Shown one piece after another: positions 35,243 to 37,927 of a stretch of DNA of 37,927 bases. The translations under genes and the position numbers were made by a program. Positions within the stretch are counted from its first letter, which is position 1. Each line of letters opens with the position of its first letter. This stretch comes from an uncultured Oscillospiraceae bacterium (GTDB lineage Bacteria > Bacillota > Clostridia > Saccharofermentanales > Saccharofermentanaceae), in contig CAYPAL010000002.1 in the NCBI GenBank assembly GCA_964408695.1, positions 1-37,927 on the forward strand, read 5' to 3'. The notes beneath the pieces were generated by a model, which was not told the DNA's origin, did no database searches, and saw only the letters and a program-made list of their open reading frames with translations.

Positions 35243-36181
35243 ATGCAACAGGTTGATGCCGGACATGAATCCAAAAAGTACTCGGGTCTGGTTGAGCGGA
35301 TCGAAGCCGAGATGCCTCAGATGAGTAAGGGGCAGAAGGCGATCGCCCGCTTTATTCTTTCGGACTACGAACGCGCGGCATATATGACAGCCGCCAAAAT
35401 CGGCGAGCATACCGGAGTTTCAGAATCGACGGTGGTTCGTTTTACGATGGAACTCGGTTATGACGGTTATCCGCATTTTCAAAAAATGCTTCAGGAGGAG
35501 CTTAAGGAAAAACTCACATACCTTCAGCGGCTCAATGCCTCCAAACGTTACGAGGGTGATGCTCAAGTATTGAAATCGATCATGCAGACCGATATCGAGA
35601 ACCTGAAGCACACGATGGAAATGGCGGATACGGATGCTTTCAGCAAAGCCGTTCAGATGATCCTTACGGCAAGAAAAATCTATTTGATCGGCCTCCGGAG
35701 CTCTTCTCCGCTTTCGTCGTTCATGCACTTCTATTTTACGTTGCTTTTCGATGATGTGCGGCATATTCACACCAACAGCGCGAACGAAGTTTTCGAGCAG
35801 GTGCTTCCCATCGGTCCGGGGGATCTGATCATCGGTATCAGTTTTCCTCGTTACTCTTCGCGAACTATCCAATCGATCAAATACGCACGGCAGCGCGGTG
35901 CCGGTGTCTTGGCGATCACCGACAAGCCCGATTCGCCGCTTGCGGATAACGCCGATGTCGCCCTCTACGCCCGGTCGGAGATGGCCTCGTTCGTCGACTC
36001 GCTCACATCACCGCTTTCCGTGATCAACGCGTTGATCGTTGCGGTCGGTATCCACCGAAGAGAGCATATCGAGCAGACCTTTGAGGCCCTGGAGAACCTT
36101 TGGGATGAGTATAAGGTATACGATAAGGGCAAGGACCGGATCACGATCATCCCGGAGCCCGAACTCGGTATACAAGAGTAA
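35243..36181 (+). CDS. MurR/RpiR-family transcriptional regulator (HTH_6 + SIS domains)
   Basis: MSKGQKAIARFILSDYERAAYMTAAKIGEHTGVSESTVVRFTMELGYDGYPHFQ (HTH_6), followed by SIS features IYLIGLRSS and GISFPRYS. Confidence 0.85.
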   Translation: MQQVDAGHESKKYSGLVERIEAEMPQMSKGQKAIARFILSDYERAAYMTAAKIGEHTGVSESTVVRFTMELGYDGYPHFQKMLQEELKEKLTYLQRLNASKRYEGDAQVLKSIMQTDIENLKHTMEMADTDAFSKAVQMILTARKIYLIGLRSSSPLSSFMHFYFTLLFDDVRHIHTNSANEVFEQVLPIGPGDLIIGISFPRYSSRTIQSIKYARQRGAGVLAITDKPDSPLADNADVALYARSEMASFVDSLTSPLSVINALIVAVGIHRREHIEQTFEALENLWDEYKVYDKGKDRITIIPEPELGIQE

Positions 36182-36196
36182 AGGACGGAAACGATC

Positions 36197-36616
36197 ATGA
36201 AAGAGAGCACTGCGGACAGTAAAATCACTGCTTCGTCTGCCATTAAGATCGCATTGACCATGACACGGGAAGAGGAAGCGGAACTCAAGAACAAACTTCT
36301 TGAGCAAAACATCCGGGCGGCTGCCGCCGATTTCGGAGGAGAGTTTATCTCTTCGGTCTCCAAAATCATTGAGCGGTGTATCGTCGCCGCTCAACGCGAG
36401 GGGATCATCGCCAGTACGCACCTTGAAGAGGGCGCGTTGGCCGGTGCCGCGAGGGAGGCGATCTCCCAGATCACTTCGAAGGCGATCGGATTGAATGTCG
36501 GCGGAAAGATCGGCATCGCCCGATTTAATGACCACATCAGCGTTTGCATGTTTTTCGGCATCGGTCTTTTACATCTGAACGAGATCGCCGTCGGGCTGGG
36601 GCATCGGGCGATTTAG
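36197..36616 (+). CDS. HutP-family protein (putative RNA-binding antiterminator-like regulator)
   Basis: 139 aa, colinear by eye with B. subtilis HutP. KIIERCIVAAQREGIIAS matches KVIAAIETASKKSGVI, EEGALAGAAREAISQI matches ESHALYHATMEALHGV, and the C-terminus AVGLGHRAI matches FGVGINHI. Confidence 0.6.
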   Translation: MKESTADSKITASSAIKIALTMTREEEAELKNKLLEQNIRAAAADFGGEFISSVSKIIERCIVAAQREGIIASTHLEEGALAGAAREAISQITSKAIGLNVGGKIGIARFNDHISVCMFFGIGLLHLNEIAVGLGHRAI

Positions 36617-36658
36617 ATCGCTTAGTTCGGATGTTAACGCTTGAAAAGGGAGAAAAGG

Positions 36659-37360
36659 ATGGAGCATTTTCAGATCGCGATCGACGGACCTTCGGGTTCC
36701 GGTAAAAGCACGTTGGCGCGTTCCGTCGCCCGGACATTGGGGATCCTCTATCTGGATACCGGGGCGATGTACCGTGCTTGCGGACTCAAGGCTCTGGACC
36801 TCGGGATCGACCCCAAGGATGAGCCGCGCATCTCCTCCATGCTCGAAAATCTGCGCCTCGATATCCTTTTCGAGCACGGCAGTCAACACGTCATCCTGGA
36901 CGGCGAGGACGTCACGGAGCGTATCCGGATGCCCGGTGTATCCGTAGCCGCTTCCGATATTTCCAGTCTCAGGCCTGTTCGCGAGCGAATGGTTCAGATG
37001 CAAAGGCAGATCGCCGGTAAGAGGAATGTCGTTCTGGACGGCCGGGATATCGGAAGCTACGTCTTGCCAACGGCTCCTTTTAAGTTTTTTTTGACGGCCG
37101 ATCCCGAAGAGCGTGCAAGAAGGCGTCTGGAGGAGATGGCAATCCGGGGCGTGATCGACCTTACCTTTGAAGAGGTCCTCGCCGATCTGAAGTATCGCGA
37201 TCACCAGGATTCCACGAGGTCTTTTGCGCCGCTTATAAGGACGCCTGACGCCATCGTGATCGACACGACCGCGAACACACCGGAGGAGACCCTTGCGCAA
37301 CTCCTCTCATATCTCCCGGAGGAAGTGAGATCCCAAAGCGGATCAGGCGATGAGTTATGA
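36659..37360 (+). CDS. cmk: Cytidylate kinase
   Basis: I moved the start to MEHFQIAIDGPSGSGKST (P-loop). It has LDTGAMYR and DGRDIG motifs, and ispH follows with an ATGA overlap. Confidence 0.9.
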   Translation: MEHFQIAIDGPSGSGKSTLARSVARTLGILYLDTGAMYRACGLKALDLGIDPKDEPRISSMLENLRLDILFEHGSQHVILDGEDVTERIRMPGVSVAASDISSLRPVRERMVQMQRQIAGKRNVVLDGRDIGSYVLPTAPFKFFLTADPEERARRRLEEMAIRGVIDLTFEEVLADLKYRDHQDSTRSFAPLIRTPDAIVIDTTANTPEETLAQLLSYLPEEVRSQSGSGDEL

Positions 37361-37927
37361 AAATCACCTTGGCCCGATCCTCCGGTTTCTGCTTCGGTGT
37401 GGACAAAGCCGTTCGCACCGCGCATGAAAACCTGGACAAGCACCCTCCTGACCAGCCGATATATATGCTCGGTGAAATCACTCATAACGAGAAGGTGGTT
37501 TCCGATCTTTGCGCCAAGGGTATGATCCTGGTACACGGCACAGAGGAGATAGATCCCCAAAGCACGGTGTTGATTCGTGCTCACGGCATATCTCCCGATG
37601 TAAGAGGTGTCCTTGAGAACAAGAATTGCGAAATCATCGATTGCACCTGTCCGTTTGTCACAAAAATTCACGACATTGTTCGAGAGAAGTCCGAAGAGGG
37701 AAGACCGATCCTTATCGCGGGAACTCCGAATCATCCGGAGGTCGTCGGAATACGCGGTGAAGCGAAAGGCCGGGTCGAGGTCATCGAGTCGGTGGAAGAA
37801 CTGGAAGGCATGGAAATCGCGCCGAACACGGTATTAATTGCCCAAACGACCTTTTCGGCGAGTGAATTTGGGAAAATTCGCGATATTGTCAAGGAAAAAA
37901 TTGCAAACGAACAGATTTTTGATACAA
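37357..37927 (+). CDS. ispH: 4-hydroxy-3-methylbut-2-enyl diphosphate reductase, 3' end outside the window
   Basis: Not in the ORF track because it has no stop in the window. My translation from ATG 37357 is MKITLARSSGFCFGVDKAVRTA...ITHNEKVV...IRAHGISP...IIDCTCPFVTKIH...GTPNHPEVVGI..., which matches the IspH/LytB cysteine and HPEV motifs. Confidence 0.88.
   Translation, partial: MKITLARSSGFCFGVDKAVRTAHENLDKHPPDQPIYMLGEITHNEKVVSDLCAKGMILVHGTEEIDPQSTVLIRAHGISPDVRGVLENKNCEIIDCTCPFVTKIHDIVREKSEEGRPILIAGTPNHPEVVGIRGEAKGRVEVIESVEELEGMEIAPNTVLIAQTTFSASEFGKIRDIVKEKIANEQIFDT

Noticed and set aside
36600-36660. HutP-type UAG repeat RNA site near the hutP-like gene
   Set aside because: Only two TAG triplets (36614 and 36623) are present, with the wrong spacing, and one of them is the gene's own stop codon. 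There is no third repeat or associated terminator.

Overview
This 37.9-kb window looks like a mostly housekeeping chromosomal segment of a fairly GC-rich, Clostridia-like Firmicute. The taxon is an inference from gene content (scpAB, cmk-ispH, tmRNA, lipoprotein signal peptides, GGAGG-type RBSs). In order, I can support these genes:
- araA (5'-truncated) and araD.
- A minus-strand run: SAM methyltransferase, a membrane-anchored hypothetical, an AT-rich acidic lipoprotein gene, and tmRNA (ssrA).
- A GH3 beta-glucosidase and a lipoprotein with three FN3-like repeats.
- A membrane pyrophosphatase with the K+-independent signature.
- A LacZ-architecture (GH2-like) protein whose catalytic motifs look degenerate.
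- A minus-strand response regulator, histidine kinase and rluF, divergent from an MFS transporter followed by two paralogous lipoproteins.
- An RNA-modification group: methyltransferase, RluA-family synthase and an HD protein.
- type-2 ileS, an M50 protease and trpS, then scpA and scpB.
- A three-gene biotin carboxyltransferase cluster (12S-like, 1.3S-like, 5S-like).
- An RpiR regulator, a HutP-family protein, cmk and ispH (3'-truncated).

I found no CRISPR array, transposase, integrase, prophage or recognisable defence system, so I cannot point to a clear-cut novel system. The best candidates for undescribed biology are:
- the apparently catalytically dead LacZ-like protein with a duplicated linker;
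- the TTTTCGAAAA palindromes confined, among intergenic DNA, to the leaders of the two glycosidase-like genes;
- the hairpin array and AT-rich lipoprotein gene just downstream of ssrA;
- the two-component-system / MFS / paralogous-lipoprotein neighbourhood;
- the transcarboxylase-type cluster without a membrane subunit;
- the RpiR-HutP pair.

All homology calls come from reading the translations by eye. None has been checked against a database.
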